DNA of 64,000 nucleotides from Acidimicrobiales bacterium (GCA_035547695.1 DASZUK010000004.1:1299-65298); one strand, 5' to 3'; numbered from the stretch's first letter, positions 34,841 through 44,175 are shown. Notes: generated by a model not told the origin, from the sequence alone. Program-made: numbers and translations.

Positions 34841-36412
34841 GTGCCGTCCGTTCCCGACCTCCATCGACCGGCCGGCCCCCGGACCACCCCGTTCGGCACC
34901 CAGTTGGCCGAGCTGATCTGGGTGCGGTCGCTGACCGGGACCGACCACCCCTTCGTCGAGCACATCCGCACCGGTCGGTCGGTCACCTTCGGGGCCCTCC
35001 GCCGGGCCACCAGCCGGTGGGCCCTGCTGCTCGAAGATCTCGGCGTCGGCCTGGGGGACACCGTCGGCATCGCGGTGTCCGACCCGGTGGACTTCGCCAT
35101 GGTGTTCCTCGGCACCATGGCGGCCGGCCGGGTGGCCGCCCCGCTGGACCCGTCGGCTCCGGACGCCGAGCTGGAGATCGTCTGCGGCCGGGTGCGACCG
35201 GCCGTGGTGCTGAGCGACCGCCCCGTTCCCGGCGGCACCGGGTTCGACTGGGTGGTGCTCCGTCCGGGGTCGTTCGAGCTCCCCGACCCCGATCCGTCCA
35301 CCGCCCCGGCCCTGCCGCCGGCGCTCGGCGCCTCCGCCGGCAGCGGTTGGGTGGCCGCCGCCCGTCCCGGCGCCGGGGGACTGGTCCTCTCCACCTCCGG
35401 CACCACCGGCGCGCCGAAGCTGATCCGGCTGGACGAGCGGCAGTTGCTGCACACCGCCGGCTCCATCGCCGGCCACCACCACCTGTCGGTGGCCGACCGC
35501 GGGTTCAGCCCGTTGCCGCTGTTCCACATCAACGGCGAGGTGGTCGGCCTGCTCGCCGCGCTGGTCGCCGGCTCCACCCTGGTGCTCGACGACAAATTCC
35601 ACCGCACCCGGTTCTGGGAGCTGATGGCGGCGCACCGGATCACGTGGGTCAACGCGGTGCCGGCCATCATCGCCCGGTTGGCCCCGCTGCGGGACGGGGA
35701 GACGGTGCCGGCGGACGTCCGGTTCGTCCGCTCCGCCTCCGCCCCCCTGTCGGCGGTGACCCTGCAGCGGTTCGAGGACGCCACCGGCCTGCCGGTGATC
35801 GAGACCTACGGCATGACCGAGGCCGGCAGCCAGATCACCGCCAACCCGCTGCACGGGCCGCGCAAGCCCGGCTCGGTCGGCATGCCGGTCGGCGTCGACC
35901 TCCGGGTCGTGGGCGACCGGGTGCAGATCCGGGGCCCCGGCGTCATCACCGCCTACGCCGGCCACGGCTACGAGGACCGCGTGGACCCGGACGGTTGGCT
36001 GGACACCGGCGATCTGGGGCACCTGGACGACGACGGGTACCTTTTCCTCGTGGGCCGGGCCGACGACGTCATCAACCGGGGCGGGGAGAAGATCCTGCCC
36101 CGCGAGGTGGAGGACGTCATCCTGGCCGACCCCGACGTGCGCGCCGTGGTGGTCGTGGGCTGGGACCACCAGGTGCTGGGCCGGGTGCCGGTGGCCTTCC
36201 TGGTCGCCGAGGGGGTCGCCGGCGACGGCGACCGGCAGCGGGCGGAGGCCATCGTCGGCCGGCTGCAGGACCGGTGCGCCAGCGACCTGTCCCGACCGAA
36301 GCGCCCCGTGGCCTTCCACGTGGTCGAGCGGTTGCCGGCCGGGACCAACGGCAAGATCCGCCGGTCCCAGGTCGGGCAGGACGCGGCGATCTACAGCCTG
36401 CTGGTCAGTTGA
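34841..36412 (+). CDS. ANL-superfamily adenylating enzyme (acyl-CoA/acyl-AMP ligase)
   Basis: Motifs: LSTSGTTGAPK, YGMTEAG, GWLDTGDLG and PAGTNGKIRR. The start lies 2 nt after the VOC stop. Confidence 0.9.
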   Translation: MPSVPDLHRPAGPRTTPFGTQLAELIWVRSLTGTDHPFVEHIRTGRSVTFGALRRATSRWALLLEDLGVGLGDTVGIAVSDPVDFAMVFLGTMAAGRVAAPLDPSAPDAELEIVCGRVRPAVVLSDRPVPGGTGFDWVVLRPGSFELPDPDPSTAPALPPALGASAGSGWVAAARPGAGGLVLSTSGTTGAPKLIRLDERQLLHTAGSIAGHHHLSVADRGFSPLPLFHINGEVVGLLAALVAGSTLVLDDKFHRTRFWELMAAHRITWVNAVPAIIARLAPLRDGETVPADVRFVRSASAPLSAVTLQRFEDATGLPVIETYGMTEAGSQITANPLHGPRKPGSVGMPVGVDLRVVGDRVQIRGPGVITAYAGHGYEDRVDPDGWLDTGDLGHLDDDGYLFLVGRADDVINRGGEKILPREVEDVILADPDVRAVVVVGWDHQVLGRVPVAFLVAEGVAGDGDRQRAEAIVGRLQDRCASDLSRPKRPVAFHVVERLPAGTNGKIRRSQVGQDAAIYSLLVS

Positions 36413-37743
36413 CCGCCGTCGGCACCGGCGGCCCCGCGGCCACGGCGGACGCGGTCGACGCCGTGCCGGCCTCCGCTCCGGCGCAGGCCCCGCAGGCCGG
36501 CGAGGCCACGGCGGCGGCGCCGGCCAAGAAGGCCAAGAAGCGGCTGGACCACGTCGACGCCATGCGGCCCATCAAGCAGGCCGGCGTGGTGTCCACCCAC
36601 TCCCTCCTGTTCTTCGCTCCCGGGGCCAGCCTGGCGGTGGGCGGCGCGCTGATGCTGCTGCACGTCACCCGGGAGGCGTTCCTGTTCATCTCGGCCTGCA
36701 TGCTGATGTACAGCTACGGCGCCCTGAAGCGGTCCGGCTACGGCCGGTTCTACAAGCGCCGGTTCGTGTCGGTCTGCCTGCCGTACCTGTGCTGGACCGT
36801 CATCTACTTCTTCGTCACCCTGCCCACAGGGACCTACACCCCGTGGACCGGGTTCCGGCACTTCTGGTTCCTGGTGGCCACCGGCTATTACCAGCTCTAC
36901 TACCTGCTGGTCATCATGCAGTTCTACGTGCTGTTCCCGCTGCTGCTGCTGCTGGTCCGCCGCACCAAGGGGCACCACGCCGCCCTGATGGCCGCCAGCC
37001 TCGTCGTGCAGGTGCTGGTGGTCAGCCTCATGCACTGGCGGGTGCTGCCGCCGGAGATGCGCGGCTTCTGGGCCAGCCGGGAGGTCATCTCGTACCAGTT
37101 CTACCTGCTGGCCGGCATGGTGGCCGCGGTGCACCTGGACGACGTCCACAACTGGATCTGCCGCCACGTCCGCCTCATCCTGGCCGGCACGGTGGTGTCC
37201 GCGGCGGTGGCCGAGGTCTGGTTCGTGCTTTCGGCCAGGCACATCGTCCCCTGGATGGGGTCGGGGTCGGACCCCCTGCAGCCGATCGTCATCCCGTTCA
37301 ACGTCGGGGCCATCGCCTGCATCTACCTCGTCGGCGTCTACCTGGTCGACGCCCGCCGGTCCACCACGGTGCGGGCCATGATCCGGTCCGGCTCCGACAA
37401 CTCCTACGGCATCTACCTGGCCCAGATGCTGTTCATCCTCGCCCTTAGCTGGCTGGGCTGGCGGGCCCTCGACCACTACCTGTCCTGGCCGGTGGTCAGC
37501 ATCCTGACGATCACCATCGTGTTCCTCGGCTGCATCCTGCTGACCAGCCTCCTGGCCCGGACCCCGCTGACCGTCGCCCTGACCGGCCGGCAGCGCCAGG
37601 AGTGGCGCACCTGGGCCCCCGAACGGTGGCGGTCCCGGCCGACAACGCCGGCCGAGCTGGCCGCGGAGGAGGCGGTGTCCTCGCCCATCGACCCCGACCC
37701 GCTGGCCGCCGATCCGGTGGCCGCCGATCCGGTGGCCACGTGA
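36409..37743 (+). CDS. membrane acyltransferase-3 (AT3) family protein, copy 1
   Basis: The start overlaps the ligase stop as TTGA. It has the AT3 N-terminal motif RLDHVDAMRPIKQAGVVSTH and about 10 TM segments, with YYQLYYLLVIMQFYVLFPLL. Confidence 0.8.
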   Translation: MTAVGTGGPAATADAVDAVPASAPAQAPQAGEATAAAPAKKAKKRLDHVDAMRPIKQAGVVSTHSLLFFAPGASLAVGGALMLLHVTREAFLFISACMLMYSYGALKRSGYGRFYKRRFVSVCLPYLCWTVIYFFVTLPTGTYTPWTGFRHFWFLVATGYYQLYYLLVIMQFYVLFPLLLLLVRRTKGHHAALMAASLVVQVLVVSLMHWRVLPPEMRGFWASREVISYQFYLLAGMVAAVHLDDVHNWICRHVRLILAGTVVSAAVAEVWFVLSARHIVPWMGSGSDPLQPIVIPFNVGAIACIYLVGVYLVDARRSTTVRAMIRSGSDNSYGIYLAQMLFILALSWLGWRALDHYLSWPVVSILTITIVFLGCILLTSLLARTPLTVALTGRQRQEWRTWAPERWRSRPTTPAELAAEEAVSSPIDPDPLAADPVAADPVAT

Positions 37744-39077
37744 CCGCGGTGTCCGCCGCCCGCGCCGCCGCGCCCGGCCCGTCGGCCGCGGCCGCGACCG
37801 GCTCCGTCGTCACCGGCCGCGGGTTCTACCTCCGGCAGTTCGACCTGTTCCGCACCGTCGCCTTCGTCGGGGTGGTGGCCCAGCACTCGGTGCTGTGGCC
37901 GGTGACCGGCGGGGCCAAGATCGGGTGGGGCTCGGTGATGCTGCTGCACGCCACCCGGGAGATCTTCTTCTTCCTCAGTGCCTTCGTGGCCTACTACGCG
38001 CAGGCCACCCGGCCCCGCTCCCCGGGCCGGCTGTGGTGGCGGCGGCTGACCCAGATCGTGGTGCCGTACCTGGTGTGGACGGTGGTGTACTGGACCTACA
38101 CAATGATCGTGAACCCCCAGCCCCTCGGCGGCCTGGGGTCGTTCCGCCACGACCTGTGGTGGGGCTACTACCAGCTCTACTACGCGGTGGTCCTCATCCA
38201 GTTCTTCGTGCTGCTGCCCCTGCTGATCTGGCTGGTCCGGGTCAGCCGGCGGTACCACTGGTGGGTGCTCGGGGGCAGCGTCCTGCTGCAGTTGGCCATG
38301 ATGACGATCTCCCACTACTTCTCCTGGAAGACCGGCGTCGGCCACACCATCCGGCACTTCGACATCGACCTGACCCAGTCCCGGCTGATCGTGGGGTACC
38401 AGCTCTACATCGTGGCCGGGTTGCTGGCCGCCGACCATGCCGACGACGTGCAGCGGTTCGTGGCCCGCCACCACCGGGCCATCGTCGCCGGAGCCGCCGC
38501 CGTCGGGGTGCTGGCCATCGGCTACTACGTCGTCGGCCTCTCCCTCCACCAGACCCCCGGCCACGCCTCCGACCTGTACCAACCGGTGGCCGTGGTCTGG
38601 TTCATGGCCGCCGCCGCCGGGCTGTACGCGCTGGGCTGGATCTGGGCCAACCGGTCCGCCGCCCGGCCGGCGCCGGCCCGGATCGACCGGCTGCTGACCT
38701 GGGGCTCCGACCTGTCCGGCGGGTTCTACTTCGCCCACGTCCTGGTGCTGCAGCTCGTCCTGATGGGCCTGGTGCACGCCGGCCTGGAGTCGGCGGCGCC
38801 GTGGTGGGTGACCAGCGTGGTGCTGTTCCCGGCCACCCTGGCCGGCACCGCCATCCTGGTGACCCTCCTGGAGCGGACCCCGGCGCGATTCGCGCTGACC
38901 GGGCCGAACCGGACGGAGGAGCGGGCGACCCTGGCGTGGCTGCCCCGGCCGTCCTGGCTCCGCCAGGCCGGCGACCCGGCCGGGGCCGGCGCGGGGCGGG
39001 ACACCGGCCCGGCGATCGGTGACCCCAGGGCCTGGGCCGGCCGTCCCCAGATCCCGCCGGCCCTGGCCACCACCTAG
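37740..39077 (+). CDS. membrane acyltransferase-3 (AT3) family protein, copy 2 (tandem paralogue)
   Basis: The start overlaps copy 1 as GTGA. Motifs: LRQFDLFRTVAFVGVVAQHS and YYQLYYAVVLIQFFVLLPLL. Confidence 0.8.
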   Translation: MTAVSAARAAAPGPSAAAATGSVVTGRGFYLRQFDLFRTVAFVGVVAQHSVLWPVTGGAKIGWGSVMLLHATREIFFFLSAFVAYYAQATRPRSPGRLWWRRLTQIVVPYLVWTVVYWTYTMIVNPQPLGGLGSFRHDLWWGYYQLYYAVVLIQFFVLLPLLIWLVRVSRRYHWWVLGGSVLLQLAMMTISHYFSWKTGVGHTIRHFDIDLTQSRLIVGYQLYIVAGLLAADHADDVQRFVARHHRAIVAGAAAVGVLAIGYYVVGLSLHQTPGHASDLYQPVAVVWFMAAAAGLYALGWIWANRSAARPAPARIDRLLTWGSDLSGGFYFAHVLVLQLVLMGLVHAGLESAAPWWVTSVVLFPATLAGTAILVTLLERTPARFALTGPNRTEERATLAWLPRPSWLRQAGDPAGAGAGRDTGPAIGDPRAWAGRPQIPPALATT

Positions 39078-39110
39078 CGGCTCCGCCTGCCAGGCGGTCG
39101 GCCCGCCCGT

Positions 39111-39134
39111 CTGCCCGCCTGCCCGCCTGCCCGC
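39111..39134. repeat. (CTGCCCGC)x3 tandem octamer between convergent genes
   Basis: Three perfect units lie at 39111-39118, 39119-39126 and 39127-39134. Confidence 0.9.
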
Positions 39135-39146
39135 CGGCCGGCCGGT

Positions 39147-40106
39147 TCAGGCCCGGCCGCCCCGTTCGGCTCCGGCCGCCCCCAGCGCGTGGGCCGCGGC
39201 GTCGGCGATGGCGTCGTACCCGCGGGTGTTGGGGTGGACGTTGTGGTGGGCGTACGGCAGCGGGCTGCAGGTCCATCCGAGCCGGCAGGCCAGGGCCACC
39301 TCGGCGGGGACCCGGCCGTGCCCGCGCAGGAGGACCGGGTGGAGGTTGCCCACGTCGAACGCCCGGGGGACGTCGGCCACCGGGTCGCCGGCCGCCCGGT
39401 ACGCGGAGCGGAGCACCGCGTTCAACCGGTCGAAGGCCACCACGCTCTCCTGGGCGAACCTCCGGCCCTTCGGCCCGCCGAGGTAGAACCCCAGAAAGGG
39501 GTCGTTGTGCTCCAGCCCGACCACGTGCAGCCCGGGGCCGCCGGCGGCGGCCAACCGCCGGAGCAGCAGCCGCAGGTGGCGCGCCACCTCCCGCAGGGTG
39601 GTGGCCACGCAGGACCGGCCCACCCGCTCGTGGGCCAGGCAGGGCCGCAGGTCGTTGAAGCCGAGGTCCACGGTGGCCACCACGGTGGTGGCCGCGTGGG
39701 CCCGGATGAACCCCACCGCTGTGGCCAGTTGCGAACCGCTCGGGTACCGGCAGGCACCGCCGCCGTCGACGGCGGCCGCCACGGTGGTGCCCGGGCAGCC
39801 GAACTGCACCAGCCGGAGCCCGGGCCAGCGGTGCCTCAAGGTGGCCGCCAGGTCGTTGGCGTACCCGTGGTCGGTCCGCCTTCCCCGACGGTGCCCGGGG
39901 ACCGGCTGCACCCCGACCGACTCGGACGCCCCGATGGCCACGTAGTAGGTGGTCCGCGGCCGGTGGCGCGCCGCGGTCGCCCCGGACGGGCCCCCGACGA
40001 CGGCGGAGCCCAACAGCCCGACGGCGCTGAGGCCGACCCCGGCGGCCACCACCCACCGTCCCGTCCACCACGTCGTCCACCATCCCGTCCGCCGGCGACT
40101 CAGCAT
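39147..40106 (-). CDS. secreted/anchored SGNH (GDSL-like) hydrolase
   Basis: 319-aa ORF with an N-terminal TM/signal WWTGRWVVAAGVGLSAVGLLG. Block I is AIGASESVG and block V is HPNTRGY. Confidence 0.78.
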   Translation of the reverse strand: MLSRRRTGWWTTWWTGRWVVAAGVGLSAVGLLGSAVVGGPSGATAARHRPRTTYYVAIGASESVGVQPVPGHRRGRRTDHGYANDLAATLRHRWPGLRLVQFGCPGTTVAAAVDGGGACRYPSGSQLATAVGFIRAHAATTVVATVDLGFNDLRPCLAHERVGRSCVATTLREVARHLRLLLRRLAAAGGPGLHVVGLEHNDPFLGFYLGGPKGRRFAQESVVAFDRLNAVLRSAYRAAGDPVADVPRAFDVGNLHPVLLRGHGRVPAEVALACRLGWTCSPLPYAHHNVHPNTRGYDAIADAAAHALGAAGAERGGRA

Positions 40107-40145
40107 ATTTTCAGGTTAATCCCAGGCTAACCACAGATACAGTCA

Positions 40146-40183
40146 CCCCGGGCCGGGCCGGGCCGGGCCGGGCCGGCCCGGGG
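40146..40183. repeat. (CCGGG)x5 microsatellite embedded in an 11-bp-stem palindrome
   Basis: CCGGG units run from 40148 to 40172. CCCCGGGCCGG (40146-40156) is the reverse complement of CCGGCCCGGGG (40173-40183). Confidence 0.9.
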
Positions 40184-40217
40184 CGGGAGCCGCGGCCGGG
40201 GCCTGCCGGCCGGCGCC

Positions 40218-41939
40218 CTACGTGCGGTGCCGGGCCAGGTCGGCGTCCAGCCGGCCCCGGTCGCCGGCGGTGAGCACCCGGTACGGGCCGTCCCGGTCCG
40301 GCCGCCACCACACCGGGTCGACGGTGGTCCAGCCGTCGTCCCGCAGGGCGGCCTTGGTGATCTTGCCGTTGGCCGTCTGGGGGATGGTGCCGGTGACCCG
40401 GACGAACCGGGGGGCCCACTTGGTGCCCAGGTCCGGCTGGGCGGCCAGCCAGGCCGCGAAGCCGTCGGGATCGAAGGCGGCCCCGGGCCGCAGCTCCACC
40501 GCGGCCATCACCTGGTCGCCGGCCGCGGTGGCGGTGTCGGGGACCGGGTAGACGGCGGCCACCACCACGTCGGGGTGCCGGCACAGCACCGCCTCGACGG
40601 GGCCGGCCGCGAAGTTCTCGGAGTCCACCCGCAGCCAGTCGCCGCCGCGGCCGGCGTAGTAGAAGTACCCCGCCGCGTCCCGGTAGGCCAGGTCCCCGGT
40701 CCAGTACCAGCCGTTCCGGGTCCGGTCGGACGCCGCGCCGGGGTCGCCGTAGTAGCCCTCGAACTTGCCGGGGCCGCTGCGGTTGACCAGCTCCCCGGTG
40801 GCCTCCGCGGCGTTGGCCAGCCGGCCGGCGCCGTCGACCACCGCCGGTGGGCACTCCTCCCCGGTGTCCGGGTCCACCACCGCCAGGTCCACCCCCGGGG
40901 CCGCCTTGCCCAGCGACCCGGCCGGCATGCCGGCCACCGGGTTGATGGTGGCCCCGCCCTCGCTCTGGCCGTAGCCCTCCACCAGGACGCAGCCGAACCG
41001 CTCGGCGAACCGCCGGCGGTCCCGGGCGGACGCCTCGGTGCCGAACGCGCTGACCAGCGTGTTGTCGGCGTCGTCCGGCCGCTCCGGGGTGGCCAGGATG
41101 TAGGCGACGGCCTTGCCGACGTAGCTGAACATGGTGGCCCGGTACCGGCGGACGTCGTCCAGGAACGCCGACGCGCTGAACCGGGGCCGCAGCGCCACGG
41201 TGGCCCCGACGTACAGGGCCGGCCCCCACAGCGCCATGAGGGCGTTGCCGTGGAACAGCGGCATCGGGCAGTAGCACACGCTGTCCCGCCGGTACCCGTA
41301 GCCGGGGGCCGCCACCTCGGCGATGCCGGCCAGCCGGCCCTGGGTGCACCGCACCGCCTTCGGCCGGCCGGCGGTGCCGGAGGTGAACAGCAGCAGGAAC
41401 AGCCGGTCCTCCGGTATGTCGGCGGCCCCGGCCAGCACCGCACGGGCCGCCGCCGCTTGCGGACTGGCTGCTTCCGGACTGGCTCCCTCCGGCCCGGCGG
41501 CCTCCGGGCCGGTCCCGCCGGGGTCCCAGGCGGCCACGGCGGCGGCGTAGGCCGGGGTGCCCACCACCAGCACCCGGTCGGCCGCCACCCCCAGGTCCAG
41601 GCCGGCCAGCAGGGCGGCGCCGTCGGCGTCGGTGACGATCACCTGGCAGTCGGTGGCCCGGACGTCGGCGGCCAGGGCGTCGCCGCGGCGGGTGGGGTTG
41701 ATCCCCACCACCGTCGCCCCGACCAGGGCGGCGGCCCCCAGCCAGAACAGGTACTCCGGGACGTTCGGCAGCAGCACCCCGACGTGGAACGGCCCCGGCC
41801 GCCGCAGCGACTGCGCCAGTGCCCCCCGGCTGCAGCCGGCAGCCACCACCTGTCGCCACGTCCACGACCCGGTGGGGTCCAGCACCGCCGGGTGGTCGTC
41901 GTCGGCCCGGGCCGCCAGGAACCCCGCGATCGTGCTCAT
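40218..41939 (-). CDS. FadD-like fatty-acyl-CoA/AMP ligase (ANL superfamily)
   Basis: 573-aa ORF with FTSGTAGRPK, GYGQSEGG, WYWTGDLAY and QTANGKITK. Confidence 0.9.
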   Translation of the reverse strand: MSTIAGFLAARADDDHPAVLDPTGSWTWRQVVAAGCSRGALAQSLRRPGPFHVGVLLPNVPEYLFWLGAAALVGATVVGINPTRRGDALAADVRATDCQVIVTDADGAALLAGLDLGVAADRVLVVGTPAYAAAVAAWDPGGTGPEAAGPEGASPEAASPQAAAARAVLAGAADIPEDRLFLLLFTSGTAGRPKAVRCTQGRLAGIAEVAAPGYGYRRDSVCYCPMPLFHGNALMALWGPALYVGATVALRPRFSASAFLDDVRRYRATMFSYVGKAVAYILATPERPDDADNTLVSAFGTEASARDRRRFAERFGCVLVEGYGQSEGGATINPVAGMPAGSLGKAAPGVDLAVVDPDTGEECPPAVVDGAGRLANAAEATGELVNRSGPGKFEGYYGDPGAASDRTRNGWYWTGDLAYRDAAGYFYYAGRGGDWLRVDSENFAAGPVEAVLCRHPDVVVAAVYPVPDTATAAGDQVMAAVELRPGAAFDPDGFAAWLAAQPDLGTKWAPRFVRVTGTIPQTANGKITKAALRDDGWTTVDPVWWRPDRDGPYRVLTAGDRGRLDADLARHRT

Positions 41940-42004
41940 TGCCCGCCTGGGGCCCCAACCCCAAGCTCCTCCGAGGCGAGGGGCCCCAACCCCTCGCCGG
42001 CCGT
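41940..42004 (-). repeat. third copy of the GGGGCCCC intercistronic repeat, filling the gap between two operon genes
   Basis: The minus strand reads ACGGCCGGCGAGGGGTTGGGGCCCCTCGCCTCGGAGGAGCTTGGGGTTGGGGCCCCAGGCGGGCA and is followed directly by the ATG of the fadD-like gene. Confidence 0.85.
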
Positions 42005-42009
42005 GGTGC

Positions 42010-43176
42010 TCACGGCCCGCCGGCCGGGCGGCGGACGAGGGACCGGTCGATGTCGGCCACGGTGGGGGCCCCGCAGAGGGCCATGGCCCGGCGGACCTCC
42101 CGCTCGAACCAGTCCAGCAGCTCCGTGACGCCGTCGGCCCCGGCGGTGGCCAGGGACCAGATGACCGGGCGGCCCAGCAGGACGGCCCGTGCCCCGAGGG
42201 CCAGGGCCTTCACCACGTCGGCCGGCCGGCGGAGGCCGCCGTCCACGTACACCTCCGCCCGGTCCCCGACGGCGTCGGCGACGTCGGCCACCACGTCGGC
42301 GGTGGCCGGCCCGTCGTCCAACTGCCGGGCCCCGTGGTTGGACACCAGGACGGCGGCGGCGCCGCTGTCGACGCAGCGGACCGCGTCGTCCGGCCGCAGC
42401 ACCCCCTTCACCACCACCGGCAGCCCGCTGACGTCGGCCAGCCAGCCGATGTCGTCGAAGCCGACGGACCGGTCGAACTCGTTGCCGACCACCGCCATGA
42501 ACCCGCCCTCCCGGGCCCGGTCGGTGCTGTCGACGGTCAGGTTGGGCAGCACCAGGTCGTCGGGCAGGTGCACCCCCTCCCGGATCTCCCGACGGCGCAG
42601 GCCGGAGACCGGGGTGTCGACGGTGAGCACCAGCGCCCGGTACCCGGCGGCGGCCGCCCGGGTCACCATGTCCACCGTGGCGGACCGGTCCCGCAGGATG
42701 TACACCTGCATCCACCGCACCCCGTCCGGCGCGGCGGCCGCCACCGCCTCCAGCGGCTGGGTGGCCAGCGACGACAGCACCAGGCAGGTCCCCGCGGCGG
42801 CGGCCGCGGCGGCGGTGGCCAGCTCGGCGTCGGGGTGGGCCAGCCCCTGGATGGCCGTCGGGGCGACCAGCACCGGGGACCGCACCGGGGCGCCCAGCAC
42901 GGTGGTGGCGGTGTCGCACCGGCTGACGTCGACCAGGACCCGGGGGTGCAGCCGCCACCGCGACCAGGCCGCCACGTTGTCGGCCAACTGCCGCTCCTGG
43001 TCGGCGGCGCCGGCGTAGTAGGCGTAGGCCATCTCCCCGACGGCCTGCCGGGCGGCCTGCTCCAGCAGCGCCAGGTCGAGCTGGGCCTCCCGGGCCGCCG
43101 CAGGGGTACCGCCGTCCGGAGTGGGCGCGACGGGCGCGGTGCTGCCAAGATGGGGCCTGACCGGATGGGTCGTCAT
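42010..43176 (-). CDS. FMN-dependent alpha-hydroxy-acid oxidase/dehydrogenase (LldD / glycolate-oxidase family)
   Basis: Motifs: RVLVDV, SNHGARQLD, VYVDGGLRRPADV and GARAVLLGRP. GTG 43203 is an alternative start. Confidence 0.88.
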   Translation of the reverse strand: MTTHPVRPHLGSTAPVAPTPDGGTPAAAREAQLDLALLEQAARQAVGEMAYAYYAGAADQERQLADNVAAWSRWRLHPRVLVDVSRCDTATTVLGAPVRSPVLVAPTAIQGLAHPDAELATAAAAAAAGTCLVLSSLATQPLEAVAAAAPDGVRWMQVYILRDRSATVDMVTRAAAAGYRALVLTVDTPVSGLRRREIREGVHLPDDLVLPNLTVDSTDRAREGGFMAVVGNEFDRSVGFDDIGWLADVSGLPVVVKGVLRPDDAVRCVDSGAAAVLVSNHGARQLDDGPATADVVADVADAVGDRAEVYVDGGLRRPADVVKALALGARAVLLGRPVIWSLATAGADGVTELLDWFEREVRRAMALCGAPTVADIDRSLVRRPAGGP

Positions 43177-43270
43177 GCGGCCGATGGTAGGCCGGTCGAC
43201 CACGGGGGGGCATGGTCGCCGTCCCGAACGGACGCAGGTCGGGCGGAAGCCCGGCCGCAGGGGGGTGAAC

Positions 43271-44143
43271 GTGCGCTTTTCCTACGCCGAGTCCATGACC
43301 GACCCGTCGTTCTACGTGCCCCTGGCCAGGGCCGCCGAGGAAGCCGGGTACGACAGCATGGTGGTCCCCGACAGCATCTGCTACCCGGAGCACGCCGACA
43401 GCGTGTACCCGTTCAACCCCGACGGCACCCGCGAGTTCCTGGACGACAAGCCGTTCCTGGAGCCGTTCTCCCTCATCCCCGCCCTCGGGGTGGTGACCGA
43501 GAAGCTGCGGTTCACCACCTTCGTCGTCAAGCTGCCCATCCGCAACCCGGTGCTGGTGGCCAAGCAGGCCACCTCCACCGCCGTCCTCACCGGCAACCGG
43601 CTGCTGCTGGGGGTGGGCACCAGTCCGTGGCGGGAGGACTACGACGTCCTCGGCGTGCCCTGGGAGCGCCGGGGCCGCCGGATGGACGAGGCGCTGGACA
43701 TCGTCAAGGGCCTGTCCGCCGGCGGGTTCTTCGAGTACCACGGCGACATCTTCGACGTGCCGTCCATCAAGATGACCCCGGTGCCCACCGAGCCGCTGCC
43801 CATCCTGATCGGCGGCCACGGCGACGCCGCCCTGCGCCGCGCCGCCCGGATGGGGGACGGCTGGATGCACGGCGGCGGCAACCCCGACGACCTGCCCGGC
43901 CTGCTCCGGCGGCTGGCCGAGCTGCGCCAGGACGAGGGCACCGCCGACCGGCCGTTCGAGGTGCACGTCATCTCCGCCGACGCCTACACCGTCGACGGGG
44001 TCCGCCGGCTCGAGGAGCGGGGGGTCACCGACGTCATCGTCGGGTTCCGGTGGCCCTACGACGTCGGCCCGGACACCGAGCCGCTGCAGGACAAGCTCGA
44101 CAACCTCCGCCGGTTCGCCGACGCCGTCATCGCCAAGGTCTGA
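43271..44143 (+). CDS. LLM-class F420-dependent oxidoreductase
   Basis: It starts VRFSYAESMTDPSFYVPLARAAEEAGYDSMVVPDS and contains LLLGVGTSPW and ILIGGHGDAALRRAARMGDGW. Confidence 0.83.
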   Translation: MRFSYAESMTDPSFYVPLARAAEEAGYDSMVVPDSICYPEHADSVYPFNPDGTREFLDDKPFLEPFSLIPALGVVTEKLRFTTFVVKLPIRNPVLVAKQATSTAVLTGNRLLLGVGTSPWREDYDVLGVPWERRGRRMDEALDIVKGLSAGGFFEYHGDIFDVPSIKMTPVPTEPLPILIGGHGDAALRRAARMGDGWMHGGGNPDDLPGLLRRLAELRQDEGTADRPFEVHVISADAYTVDGVRRLEERGVTDVIVGFRWPYDVGPDTEPLQDKLDNLRRFADAVIAKV

Positions 44144-44164
44144 GAGACGCCGAGGTCTGAGAGA
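44136..44164. repeat. 12-bp direct repeat (17-bp period) duplicating the LLM stop codon
   Basis: aggtctgagaga occurs at 44136-44147 and 44153-44164. Confidence 0.85.
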
Positions 44165-44175
44165 AAGGAGTGGCC

